Below, piece after piece: positions 11,805 to 23,765 of a stretch of DNA of 64,000 nucleotides. The DNA is taken from assembly GCA_026023565.1 (NCBI GenBank), contig JAPETS010000001.1, positions 1,364,001-1,428,000 of the forward strand, in the 5' to 3' direction. The notes under the pieces were generated by a model, which saw only the letters and a program-made list of their open reading frames with translations, was not told the DNA's origin and made no database searches. The DNA is from Cirrosporium novae-zelandiae. Taxonomy: Eukaryota. Positions within the stretch are counted from its first letter, which is position 1. Each line of letters opens with the position of its first letter. Both the position numbers and the translations under genes were made by a program.

Positions 11805-12017
11805 AAAAGGATGAAGAGATGCTTATATGGGCAATTTCGATTTCAACATCAACATTTGAACTTGGAGGTGCTAAAGGCGTTTTTAACAACAAGATACTCC
11901 ATGTTTCGATAAAGTTCGATAAAGAAGATTCTGAATATGATTTGTGAAACACCCATACGCGTGATCCAGAAGTACAAATACAACTTCCTCCCATCCTCCA
12001 CCAGGTTTCCTTGACAT

Positions 12018-12553
12018 TTAGAAATCCTGTTCCTCCTGGAAAAACATCGTGAATGTGATAATCGTCCCGTAAATCAGTAAACCACCGACAATAGACATAA
12101 TCATAGCAGGATATTGTATCAGAGCACAATGCGCTAATAGAGCCGGGAGAGCTGGTCATGGAAGAATAACAGTCAGCACAGAGTCCTATAATGGAACATG
12201 TTTACCCTCGTCGGGTTCCCCAAAATGGTTTATACAGAGGAGGTCTACCTATTCCCATAACTACCAAAAAGCCAGTGCAGAACCTTCCAAAGTCGACAAG
12301 AGCATTGCCTGCACTCTCCATAAAATCATCTGGGTTGGAGCATCGTTCGCAAATGAAGTTTGGCAGTGGGGCCAGAACGTAGGTAGCAACGACCAAGAGA
12401 GGCAGGAAGTTATGCCATAGCGCCGAAGAAAGAATGACAAGAAGGAAGCCGATGGCGAGAACCTGTTGTAAATAACATTAGAGGAGTTGAATATAAGATC
12501 GGGATAGTCCATACAAAGGATAAGGCGATGATGGTCTTGAGTCCTGCCGCCAT
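12018..12553 (-). CDS. VPS55: Vacuolar protein sorting 55 (OB-RGRP family)
   Basis: Spliced reading MAAGLKTIIALSF..YVLAPLPNFIC..DDFMESAGNALVDFGRFCTGFLVVMGI.ALPALLAHCALI..MSIVGGLLIYGTIITFTMFFQEEQDF*. Confidence 0.92.
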
Positions 12554-13054
12554 TGCGGCACGGATCGGCAGCTTTGAAAGAGTTTGATAGTTAATAGAAG
12601 AGTTGAAAGGAGTGTCGAAAATCAGGAAGATTCGATTATTGTATAGAAGCTTGTAAGTTTCTATATAGTAAATCCCTTGGTGTTCTTGAGACTATGTGAT
12701 GCCTTTGTAAACTGCTAAGCAGGCTGGTGGCCGTGGTCGCATAGGATTAACATCCAACTTAGCCTTCACAGTAGGGCTTGGCGCACTACTCCCAATGTAG
12801 AACTGAAGCTTGTCGCGTTCAACGACTGCCTGACCCAAAAAAGAGGATTAACTGGATTAACTACCTAGGTACGGTGGACTGGGCGAATACAAACAATAAA
12901 TATACCTAGGAATTTAAGCGAACGCATAGTAATTAGTGCGTCACTCTCATATCCTTTGAATCGTCTTTCCCGGTTCTCTTCTAAGTTGGTGGCTTCTTGA
13001 CATCTCCACCTCCAAACCACTGTCAACTTCTACTCTCAGAGCTCTACATTCGCC

Positions 13055-13974
13055 ATGTTCCGAAATCAATATGATAACGATGCCATTGTAGGTCTACAAG
13101 CCTCTCCCAGAGTACACTGCTAACCGCCTATCGCAGACCTTTTCACCACAAGGACGAATCTTCCAAGCCGAATATGCCCTCGAAGCTGTCAAACAGGGCT
13201 CCGTGGTCGTCGGTGTTGTGAGCAAGACGCATGCTGTTTTAACAGCTCTCAAGGTTCGTCAAATTCATCTGTCTTCCCCACCATTGCAACCGACGTCACA
13301 AATAAAGTGCTAAACGAAGCCCTCTAACTATCTAGAGAAACGCTGAAGAACTTTCATCCTACCAAAAGAAAATCATCCCTCTCGATGACCACCTCGGAAT
13401 TGCCATCGCAGGTCTTGCCTCGGATGGTCGTGTCCTCTCCAACTTTATGAAATCGCAAGCTCTCGCCTCAAAAATGACCTATGGACGTCCCATTCCACTT
13501 GAACGGATAGTCAGCCAGATCAGCGATAGAGCCCAGACTAGTACTCAACATTACGGAAAGAGGCCGTACGGTGTTGGCTTACTTGTTGCTGGAATTGATG
13601 AGACGGGACCACATGTCTACGAGTTCCAACCTACCGGCATCACGCAGGAAATGTTAGCTTGCGCTATTGGCGCCCGTTCTCAAATGTCTCGTACCTATCT
13701 GGAACGACATCTTGACGAGTTTGCTGATTGCGATCATGATGCTTTGATCAAACATGCCTTACTTGCACTGAAGGAGAGTTTAGCTCAAGACAAGGAATTG
13801 ACAGTTGATAATACAAGTCTAGGGATTGTGGGCTTGGGCCCTAATGGTAGGACCGAGGGGTTTAAGCTATATGATAATGATGAGGTTGCTCCGTTGCTGG
13901 AAGCGAGTCTGGAGACCGCCCAAGGTGGACAAGAAGGTCAAACTGGAGAAGAATCGATGGATGTGGACTCATAA
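13055..13974 (+). CDS. PRE5: 20S proteasome subunit alpha-6 (alpha type 1)
   Basis: [33 protein letters not shown]..|[23 protein letters not shown]. Two introns. Confidence 0.95.
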
Positions 13975-14287
13975 ACAAGATCAGGGATTTAGCTAGATAT
14001 TTGGTAGACGCTTGCTTACGACTTCTAAAGAAAATAATCTTTGAAACCCTTGCTAAGAACTTACAATTGCATGCTATTAATTAGTGCTAATGCCACAGGA
14101 CTAGCATCCAGGGCCGTTTGCCCATTTTGTCAGGGCTCTTCTAGTTGAATAGGGCTCGATACCTGAATTCTATGCTAAATTCTGCCTAATCCAAATGAAC
14201 GAGCGCACATCAGTTCCTAGATTTCAATTATAGAGATTTCCCCTATCATCGAATAGTTGGGGCGGCGTCACTACCGTCCAGTAACCA

Positions 14288-15108
14288 TTATCCCTGTTTC
14301 CAGTCCAACACAAATCTGCCTTCGGCCACCTGATAATCCTGCAGAGCTTTCACAGCTTCCTCAGGGGTCTTCGCTTCAACGATAATCTCACTGTTACCGC
14401 TGCTGATGAAACCGGAATCTACGGCTTTAGAGATCCATTGTAGGAGTCCATCCCAATAGCCATCGATGTTGAGGACCACTACACCTCGGTGGTGAATACC
14501 GAGTTGGTTCCACGTAGTTACTTCTGCAAGTTCTGCGATTGTTAGGGTTAGTAAAGAGAATAATATAAGTAAATTCATAGCCAAAAGTTACCTTCAAGAG
14601 TCCCATAGCCGCCACTCAGAGCGATAAAGCCACTTCCTTCGCCTCCGGCCATAACCATCCTTGCCATTAGTTGTTTCCTTGTGTGCATATCTGGAACTAC
14701 TGTCGTTCTCCCGTATATTTTCTCATCCACAATTTTCGTTAAATCATCCTTTTCCTCCCCCGGTTTCTGCTCAAATTTAATCAATGCTTCGGGAATTATC
14801 CCGTGCACCGCCTCTGAGCCTGATAGAGAGACGACGGTTCGAGCTAACTCTCCCATTATTCCTACAGTACCACCGCCATAGACGAGGGATATGTCATATT
14901 TGTGGAATGCATGAGCCAGGGAACGAGCAGCTTCAATGTGTTTTGATGATGTGCCAGCAGAGGCCCCACAGCTAAAGCCAAGCAGTTAGCAGCACATTCT
15001 AGCATAATTTCTGGAAATCTGGAGTACAAGGTACAAGACACAAATTATTGGCTTTTTGGAACCGTTCGTGGGAAGCGCGGCAGTAACGTCAATTTCAGAG
15101 GAACCCAT
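14288..15108 (-). CDS. LOG1: LOG family nucleotide phosphoribohydrolase (cytokinin-activating / lysine decarboxylase-like)
   Basis: LVYGGGTVGIMG, VHGIIP, DMHTRKQLM, ALSGGYGTLEE, TWNQLGIH and LNIDGYWD. Two introns. Confidence 0.9.
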
Positions 15109-15699
15109 GGCAGCTAAAGTTTTGTAGGAAGGGTGGGAACTCTAAGGTAAGGGAAGTTAGAGAGATTATATAGGAAGGATCAGGGGCGTAGCGTTTGCTT
15201 TCGAAGGACTTGTGACCAGGAGAAGGTAGCTCAAAGGCGGGGTGAAGATGAGCTGTTCACGTAAACGGAGGTAAGAAGAAAGAAACTTTTGAGAAATCCC
15301 GGTCTATATGAAGAGAGGCTAGGGAAAAAGGGAAGAAAGAAATCTATAACTAGGAAAGGAAATAATATGTTTGGATACAGTGGAAGCAGTTTAATTGAAG
15401 CTGAAGGCTCAAGTCAAAGAATGACTGAAATATTGAAACAGCTCATTCTTGCTCTTACTGTAGGGCTCGAGCAGCTGGCCTTGACTAAGTAAACGCTACT
15501 TATCGTTATCGGACAGAGACGCTAATTAACTCAAAGTAGGAAAGTACGGCACCCCGGAACCCCAGACGCCGAGTCTCCGATACACGTGGGGGGATGAGGG
15601 ACACCTTTAGGTCTAGGCAGTTATCTAGTTATACCTTTTCAATTCTCTCTATTTTTCACCTTCCAACTTTATCTGTGTTGATATCTCCCACTATCAGCC

Positions 15700-17829
15700 A
15701 TGCCCGAACAAGGAGATAGAGGTCAGGAGGAAGCTGGTGGTGGTAGCGTAAGCATTTCCCATTGTTGAGGATTCCGAGTCCAATTTATTTCGTTATCCAT
15801 GCTAACACAATATGATAATATTAGGGATTGATGCGCCAGTTGGTCCAAGGCATAGGAATTTTCATTCTCATGCAGTTCGCTATGAATACCTTTTTTGGGT
15901 CGAAGCAGAAGGATGCAAATGGATCCCCCTCAGCTGCTAATGTTCCCTCGTTTGATGACCGACCAGATATTGCCGGCTTAGAACACTATCACTATGAACC
16001 ATTTCCGATCACGGTCGCACCAATGTGGCCTCCAAACAGCACTTTAGATATTGCTATGTATATTTCCCCTTCGGTGGTTGTACCTGCTTTGAGCGCTGCG
16101 CCTGCCGATTCGCTTGTATTCGATGAGAAGAATTTCACTATGGCCAATTGGGATGATCAACGAGAAATTAATACGGAGATAAAAGTTCCTGCACAGGCCC
16201 AGCAGAATGGAACCATATGGGCCCATTACTACGTTGCATTGACTGGTTATCCTTTGGATCCCTCTGATAAGAACTATGATACTGCCAAGGCATATCATTT
16301 CTTCCGTCCGCTCAACCATTATCTACCGAAAAAGAAGACCAGAAAGGTAAGAAACCTACTTCATGCGGCGAATGCTACCGAAGAAGAGGAAGAAGAGCCT
16401 CAGTCTCAAGGCACTATTTACGGATCTTACTATCATTCGAACTACACTCTTTCGGTTATACCAGATTCCGGAACCCAAAATTACCGACAAATGCACCCAG
16501 CAGTTCGTCAGCACGTTACTCTAGAAGCTACAGGTGCTCGAGACTCAAGCGGTCAGAATGCGTGGTACTATCCTATCATTTTCCATAACACGTTCTGGCA
16601 GCTTCGAGACCATATGACGGAACTAAACTCGACAGTGAAGACCTTACCAATTCATATATCATTGAATAATCTTAATAATTGGAAGTTCACTTTATATGCA
16701 AGTATAGATCAAGGCATGAAGGAAGCCCAAAGGCAGGCTGCTTCTGGATCTGGGATGTCTGCCGGTGGAGATGGCAGTGAATTAGAAGAGGTGAAGAGAA
16801 TTTTGCTTGACACTAATATCTATCTGCTTTCCACCACCGTGATCGTAAGTATCTTCCACATGGTCTTTGAGATGTTAGCCTTCAAGAGCGACGTGGTAAG
16901 TCTACATATCCTCGGGGGATTTAATTTCAAACAACGGCCTGACCTGTTTAGTCTCATTGGCGGAATAAAAAGGACAACGTCGGTGTGTCCGTCCGCACTA
17001 TTCTCGCAAATGTTTTTATGCAGGCTGTCATATTCCTCTATTTAGTCGACAACAACGAAGGCACCTCATGGATGATTCTCTTTTCCCAAGGAATGGGAGT
17101 TGTTCTTGAAGCTTGGAAGATCACCAAAACAGTTGATGTCCGCGTCAGACCAAGTCCTCAAGGTTCTTGGCTACCGTACGCCATCACTTTCGAAGACAAA
17201 CATAAATTGAGTGATACGGAGAAGAAGACACAGGAATATGACCAAATTGCCTTTAAATATTTATACATCATTGCTGTCCCCCTCCTTCTGGCATATGCCG
17301 TTTATAGCGTGGTTTACGAGACCCACAAGAGCTGGTACTCCTTCATCCTGACCACCCTCGTGGGCTCTGTCTACGCCTACGGTTTCCTTATGATGGTTCC
17401 AAGTTTATACATCAACTATAGACTCAAGGTTTGTCCATTCTTCCTCATCTATCATGTCCCACCCTGCTATACTTACTATGCTAATCCCATCCCAACCACC
17501 TCTAGAGCGTTGCCCATATGCCCGCCAAAGCAATGACATACAAATTCCTCAATACTTTCATCGACGACCTCTTTGCTTTCACCATCAAAATGCCAACTTT
17601 GCATCGCCTTGCAACTCTCAGAGATGACGTTATCTTCTTCGTCTACCTATATCAGTGTTGGAAATATCGCATCGATTACTCTCGTGTCAACGAATTTGGC
17701 CAAGGGGGCAATGACAAGGAAGAGGAGAAGAAGAAGCTTGAAGGTCTGGATTCTGGAAATGTCCCCACGGCCGTGGCGGTGGAGAAGGCGAGTGGGAGGG
17801 AGAAAAAAACGGTGCATAAACGGAAGTGA
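15700..17829 (+). CDS. CLPTM1 family ER membrane protein
   Basis: YYPIIFHNTFWQL, LLDTNIYLL..HMVFEMLAFKSD, YINYRLK|SVAHMPAKAMTYKFLNTFIDDLFAF and RVNEFGQ. Four exons. Confidence 0.92.
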
Positions 17830-19803
17830 AAGGGGGAATTACATGATGTATCTTGTCTGCTATTGAGATACTTAAGGAAAAGAAACCTCCCTGCTATGGA
17901 GGGTAATAGAAATAAATAAATATCGTATTTGGTGGTGTTATATTTGGCTTATGAATTGTATAAATAACTAGTACCTATGTTAATAATTTTTGGAGGACTT
18001 TAAGGGGATGAGAAGAAGTTCCTATGTGGAAATTTCTAGGGCTTAGTAAAAATATATTTATCACACCTCCTAGCATCTAACCCTGAGCATAGCATGAAAC
18101 AATGCATAAAATGCTAACTAGGTATTCTTTTGCTCCAAACCCAGCTCTAACTTGATATCTCCATTTCCTCAATTTCCACCATCCCTAGGTCTAGTTAGTG
18201 GTGATAGAATAAGTTGTAAGCGAACATTTCCCCGTCATGGGTTACTAGAACGAGTTTTTTTGCCCTAGCAACAAATACATGCCTCTTATATCTGACATTC
18301 GGCGATCCTCGTTGATGGTTGCACCAAGAACCACCAGAATCCAATAAAGTCACCTGGAGAGTGGTTAATCTGAGAAAAGTGGTATTTTTGGGACCACATA
18401 CAGAGACCAAAGATCAACGTAACGTAACGTGACGCCTCTAGCGATGGTTAACAACATGATTCACTCCACCGAATGGGGTATTTTCAAGGCGTTGAAGAAT
18501 TCATCAAATAGCCTCACAGGGTGAGGACCAAAGTCCAGTTCTACCCTTTGCTTGGTCAAACTGAGATCGGTTGCGAAGGAATTGGGTTCTAGGAGAGCGT
18601 TTCTGGGTTGAATCAGTATCTAATATTCTGGTACCTAGGTTGATATGGGAGACATAACTAATGCCCCGGAGATGGAAAAGTTAGTGTATGCAATAGTACG
18701 TCATAGCGCTGATGGATATCACTTACGTATGGATTAAGTCTGTGGAAGAGGCGTAAAAAGACTTGTTAACAGAGACTGTTTGTGCCAAGATTGAGAGATT
18801 GACGCTGTCGAAATGAAATGAGACATGAATGATCATCTTGGATTGGTTTAATGATTGTCTGATGGTTTAATGTTTGATTTAATCAAGGGAATTATTGCAT
18901 CCATGCAGGTAGGATAACCCCAGAATATCACGAGTGGAATGGCTGAAAATATATGAAGCTAGAAGTGATATTATACTCTATAAAACCCGTCTGTGTAACC
19001 ACGGAGATTGTATACTAGTAAGGATAAGGAATGGCAAAGGCCCAAGTCTCTAAATTGTGCTGAGGTTATCAAGGAAGAAAGAACCAAATCTCCGAGAACT
19101 CATCGTAGATGTGGAAGCCAGGATTGTGGTTGCATTGACGACCGAACAGCCATTCTCACCAGAAGGAGATGGGAATCTATTAATTGGAAAGCTTAGCCAC
19201 TGTCGGGTTGAATGTTGACTCCCCAAGTTTTCAAATATGACTGGTGGGATATTCTATTTCTAGCAAGGCATGCCACCTGGACAAGCATTTGCATTATAAT
19301 CAATACTTTCAAGGGCGATGGGGTTAAAGAGGTTGTGATACTGGCGGGTGAGAAAATTATGCCGATGGTCTCCATTAATAAAAAGAGATATAGGCCAGAT
19401 AATTAACCACGATATCGTTTCTCTCTAAGTAAATCATCAAGTGAGAAGCCTTGGAGTGTGGGAATGCCTTCATGTGAGTCTTTGGAGTTCCTCTCAATCG
19501 TGGAGCCATATTGATTAAGAATCGCATTAGCAACTATCTGCTGCAGCACCTGTGTAAGAGTGGTTGAGAAATGTTGAGATACTTTAATTGGGGATATTGG
19601 CAGCAGTAGTAGGTGACAACTGAGCCGCAATACAAGAAAGAATATCCACAACCGTTGTGGGGCTTCCTCGATAGCAGCTTGCAACGAGGAACCATTATAG
19701 TGAAATTTCCGACTAAGGTTATCGGTTCTCCAATAGACTCTCAACAAGCCTAATAAAGGATATTGAATCTGGAATACTTGATCCGTTAACAGGTCAAGCT
19801 CGA

Positions 19804-20844
19804 TTACAATTTCCATACAAGCCAATCCCTCAATTCCATATGACCAAGAAGACCTCCAAGAGGCCCTTGAACTTCTTTTCCATCACGCCACAATTTAGGC
19901 CCGGCCAGGTAGGAGATAAATCCATCAGGGCCGGATACCAGTAATAGTTTCTTTGAGCCTTGAGAGCGTTCAAGGGCTTTGTGGATATCCGGTTCCTGGA
20001 TGAAAGTCCCTTCTTCATCGACATAGTAATCAACATAGAGCTGAAAAGGATGTCGAGACTTTATTGCAGCGAGTCTAGAAATTATTGGACTTTGGCTAGA
20101 CTTGCTAGTTGGGATGTTGGTTTGGGATTGAGTACTCCCACTCCAGAGCCAGGCCCCCCAATTCGGAAGCCCCATAGGCTTAGTATCATTTTCACCACCA
20201 ATGCAGTCCGCTCGCTCTCTGTTAGCCCAAAGAATATGAACTTTTACATCGAGCTTTTGCCTTGCCTCAAATAAGGTATGGACAGTTTGAAGAGCCGGTG
20301 AAATACCAGTCCCCCCAGCAAGAAAGACAATTTCCTCCACATCGTCCGGGATATTGAACTCTTCATGAGGCCCTCGTAATTCAACATTGTCCTCTGGCGA
20401 GAGACGATGAAGATATCCAGAGACTTCACCGGAGGGATATCGTCGAACTAATAATTGAAGGCCATTGTAGTTAAGTGTATTATCAGGTTGAGAACATTGT
20501 GGGGGAAGAGGCGTATATGCTCGTGAAACCTGTAATTGGGGTTGCTTTACCTCCATAGCCCACGTTCCTTTGTGCCACGAGGCTTGCAGTTGAGCAATCC
20601 AAGTTTGTTTTTGTGCCAAAGACCAGGAGCGAAATGGGTTTGGGAGAAGAGTGAGGATGCAACATGTAGGAGAGATATTCTCCTTTGAGACAAGACTGTA
20701 TGGAGAAAAACATGCTGTATCCAATGAAGCTGTTGGAATCGATTGTTTTATAATCAAGGGTGTGGCAAGGATTGAACCTGTGGAAAAACCAAAAATCACA
20801 GCAGCGGCGACTGGTCTCCTGTATATGAAATTGATATATCGCAT
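19804..20844 (-). CDS. CYC2: Cyc2-like mitochondrial flavoprotein (cytochrome b5 reductase/FNR family)
   Basis: QPQLQVSRAYTPL, GEVSGYLH, ELRGP, FLAGGTGISPALQ, VSGPDGF and QGPLGGLL. The first in-frame ATG is at 20844. Confidence 0.8.
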   Translation of the reverse strand: MRYINFIYRRPVAAAVIFGFSTGSILATPLIIKQSIPTASLDTACFSPYSLVSKENISPTCCILTLLPNPFRSWSLAQKQTWIAQLQASWHKGTWAMEVKQPQLQVSRAYTPLPPQCSQPDNTLNYNGLQLLVRRYPSGEVSGYLHRLSPEDNVELRGPHEEFNIPDDVEEIVFLAGGTGISPALQTVHTLFEARQKLDVKVHILWANRERADCIGGENDTKPMGLPNWGAWLWSGSTQSQTNIPTSKSSQSPIISRLAAIKSRHPFQLYVDYYVDEEGTFIQEPDIHKALERSQGSKKLLLVSGPDGFISYLAGPKLWRDGKEVQGPLGGLLGHMELRDWLVWKL

Positions 20845-21237
20845 GTTGGAATAGAAGCGAAACACAAGAGTCTACCACAGTAGCGCAGTAATAAATACAT
20901 CAAAATTACCTGACACGTGCCTGCTTAGGTAATCATTAATTACGATAACACGTGATCGACTTTTTGAGAGGCGCTAAACTCAAAGCAGCCCCCTTCTTTT
21001 TGGTTTTACGGTCAGGCAAATTAAAGATCAAGGATGCCCTGGTGCTCAGGTCCTCCTGCTTTGGCATTTGATACGGTACTTCAATGCACATATACTATCT
21101 AATATATATCCATTCATTCTTTTGACTAACTATCCCCCCCTTCCAAACTTGCGCAAATAATAGAGATGGCATATTGTCCGCGCTGAATTATTCGGTCCAT
21201 CATATAAATACCAAAAGACACAATCAATTAGCCGGAG

Positions 21238-23127
21238 ATGACACGAGCAGATTATTCCCACCTCCAAGCTCCACCCTCCTCACAACAAATTAGAGATTCT
21301 CTTGAACTCGCATCCTTAGCCTCCTCCGCTATCTCCTCCCCGAGGACCTCCCTGTCGTCCTCCTCCGAGTCTGGCATTAGTTCATCGAGAAAGCTCTCCC
21401 TTGAAAGCGAAGATCCTTTATCCTCTTCCCACCGCCCCATCAATGCGCCCGAAGCACCACGACATGCACGAACGTACTCTGTCTCTTCCGCGTTCGACTT
21501 TGCCTCCAATCTTTTCCCACTTACCGCAAGTGCTGGAGGTTACGCGCCCCTTGGAGCGCCGTCTACACTTTCTCTAGACCGTCTCGAAGGCTCCCTTGAG
21601 AAACACAAATCCCTAACATACCTGGACGGTCTCTCGCTAGTTGTTGGTCTTATAATTGGTTCTGGGATATTCTCATCTCCAAGTCAAGTAAATGTCAATG
21701 CAGGCTCTCCAGGTGCTTCTCTCATCGTATGGGTAATAGCAGGGCTTCTAGCATGGACAGGCGCAGCGAGCTATGCCGAGCTAGGAGGAGCAATCCCCCT
21801 AAACGGTGGAGCGCAAGCCTATCTCTCGAAGATTTTTGGCGAATTATTTGGTTTCCTGTTTACCTGGTGTGCTGTCTGCGTGCTCAAACCTGGCAGTGCG
21901 GCCATCATTGCCATCATATTTGGAGAATACATTGTCCGGGCTTGTATAGGCGCAGATTCAGAAAATGCTAACGAATGGATCAACAAAGGTGTTGCACTGG
22001 GCGGACTTGTGCTAGCAACATTCTTCAACTGTGTATCTACAAAGCTGGCAGCACGAGTGGGTGACCTATTTATGTTTTTCAAGTTCGTCGCGCTTGTCGG
22101 CATTGCAATTATCGGTATCATTGTTGCAGCTACCGGCTACTCCTACAAAGGGGAAGCAAGCCATGACTGGAAAACCACCGGTTGGTTCGAAGGAACCAAC
22201 ACAGACGTCTCCCAATGGGCAGTAGCCCTCTACGCGGGCCTCTGGGCCTTTGACGGTTGGGACAATGTCAACTATGTGACTGGTGAATTCAAGACCCCCC
22301 ACCGGGACCTCCCCCGGGTAATCCACACATCTATGCCACTCGTGATAGCTGGCTACCTCCTTGCAAACATATCCTACTTCCTTGTTCTCCCCATCTCTGT
22401 AACCTCCACCACCAATACTGTAGCCGTGCAGTTCGGCTCCCAAGTCTTCGGCCCCCTGGGAGCCCTTATCTTCGCCCTCTTCGTCTCACTCTCCTGCTTT
22501 GGCGCCCTAAACGCCACGACGTTCACCTCCGGCCGCCTCGTCTACGTCGCCGGGAAAGAAGGTTACCTTCCCATGACCTTCGGCCGCCTCGGCCTTACTT
22601 CCTCCACGCCCAGCATACATATTAATCCCCACCGCACCCAAACATCCCTTCTTTCTCCCTTCTGCCGCCTTGCGCGCCTGATAGGGGACAACGCCGATGG
22701 CACCCTTTTCTACACCCCTATTCCCGCTATGATCCTCAATGCCTCCCTAACCTCCATCTACATTCTGCTCGGCTCCTTCACCACACTCCTTACCTTCTAC
22801 GGTGTCGCGGGTTATACATTCTACTTCCTGACCGTGCTAGGCCTCATCGTTCTCCGTGTCAAGGAACCTCATCTCGAGCGCCCCTACAAGACCTGGATCA
22901 CAACGCCAGTTATTTTCTGCTGTGTCAGCTTGTTCTTGCTCAGTAGGGCCGTATTCGCGGAGCCCCTGCAAACTGTTATCGTGGTGGGCTTTATTGCTGT
23001 TGGGGCAGGGGTGTATTACTGGAAGGTCCGGAGACGTCACACGAGTGGTGGTGTGAATGGGGGAATGGGAGCAATGAAAGAAAGGTCTGGGAGTGCGTGG
23101 AAATTTTGGAGAAGGTGGGGGAGTTGA
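21238..23127 (+). CDS. APC superfamily L-type amino acid (Mup/LAT-like) permease
   Basis: GLIIGSGIFSSP, YAELGGAIPLNGG, LWAFDGWDN and LRVKEPHLERPYK, with many hydrophobic helices. Confidence 0.92.
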   Translation: MTRADYSHLQAPPSSQQIRDSLELASLASSAISSPRTSLSSSSESGISSSRKLSLESEDPLSSSHRPINAPEAPRHARTYSVSSAFDFASNLFPLTASAGGYAPLGAPSTLSLDRLEGSLEKHKSLTYLDGLSLVVGLIIGSGIFSSPSQVNVNAGSPGASLIVWVIAGLLAWTGAASYAELGGAIPLNGGAQAYLSKIFGELFGFLFTWCAVCVLKPGSAAIIAIIFGEYIVRACIGADSENANEWINKGVALGGLVLATFFNCVSTKLAARVGDLFMFFKFVALVGIAIIGIIVAATGYSYKGEASHDWKTTGWFEGTNTDVSQWAVALYAGLWAFDGWDNVNYVTGEFKTPHRDLPRVIHTSMPLVIAGYLLANISYFLVLPISVTSTTNTVAVQFGSQVFGPLGALIFALFVSLSCFGALNATTFTSGRLVYVAGKEGYLPMTFGRLGLTSSTPSIHINPHRTQTSLLSPFCRLARLIGDNADGTLFYTPIPAMILNASLTSIYILLGSFTTLLTFYGVAGYTFYFLTVLGLIVLRVKEPHLERPYKTWITTPVIFCCVSLFLLSRAVFAEPLQTVIVVGFIAVGAGVYYWKVRRRHTSGGVNGGMGAMKERSGSAWKFWRRWGS

Positions 23128-23765
23128 GATTGAGCGTTGATTGGGATCGACCGATCCATTGAGAACGTGAACGGGATGATATGATAAATAATAATGGTTT
23201 TTTGTTTTGATTTTGTTGTTATTCTTGACGAATACCCAGTACAACCCATAAACCTACGAAGAAATCCTCATTCATTAACTTAGCCTACTATAATATAGAT
23301 AGTATATATATGTAGCTATATACCCACAATACGATATGTACCCTCAACTCGGTCATGCCATGTCACGCCCCAATCCAACCCGACCCAAAGCCCGAAAAAA
23401 CGTAAAATGTAATACATATATTGATCCATCTAGCTTGGCAGTCAGCCAACCAATCCCATCCTTCCCGCTAAATCATTGGTTGTCGTAGTGGGTAGAATTA
23501 TGAAGGATAAAAAGAAAAGGTGGAGGAAAATCCAAATCCAAATGCGAGTTTGGGGTACTTGATAAAAAAAAAAGTCGAAGAATAAAACTAAAACCGAAAT
23601 GAATCTTGCCAACACCCTTTCATTAGAAGTTCCTTCTTACTAACCACCTCGATGTATACAGCAGGGTTCCGTTCTCCTTGTTTCACATAGTCATAGCAAT
23701 GACAGAAAATAAATGAATGCTATATCAAGCTTATGTCATCTTTAGAATGAGCCGGGAGGGGCCCT

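Noticed and set aside
12720..12995. Rpn4/PACE elements upstream of PRE5
   Set aside because: Only the GGTGGC core is present, not the full GGTGGCAAA. Too short to support a call.
9462..15108. Secondary-metabolite cluster around ABZ1/LOG
   Set aside because: The neighbours are housekeeping genes. There is no PKS, NRPS, terpene synthase or IPT gene.
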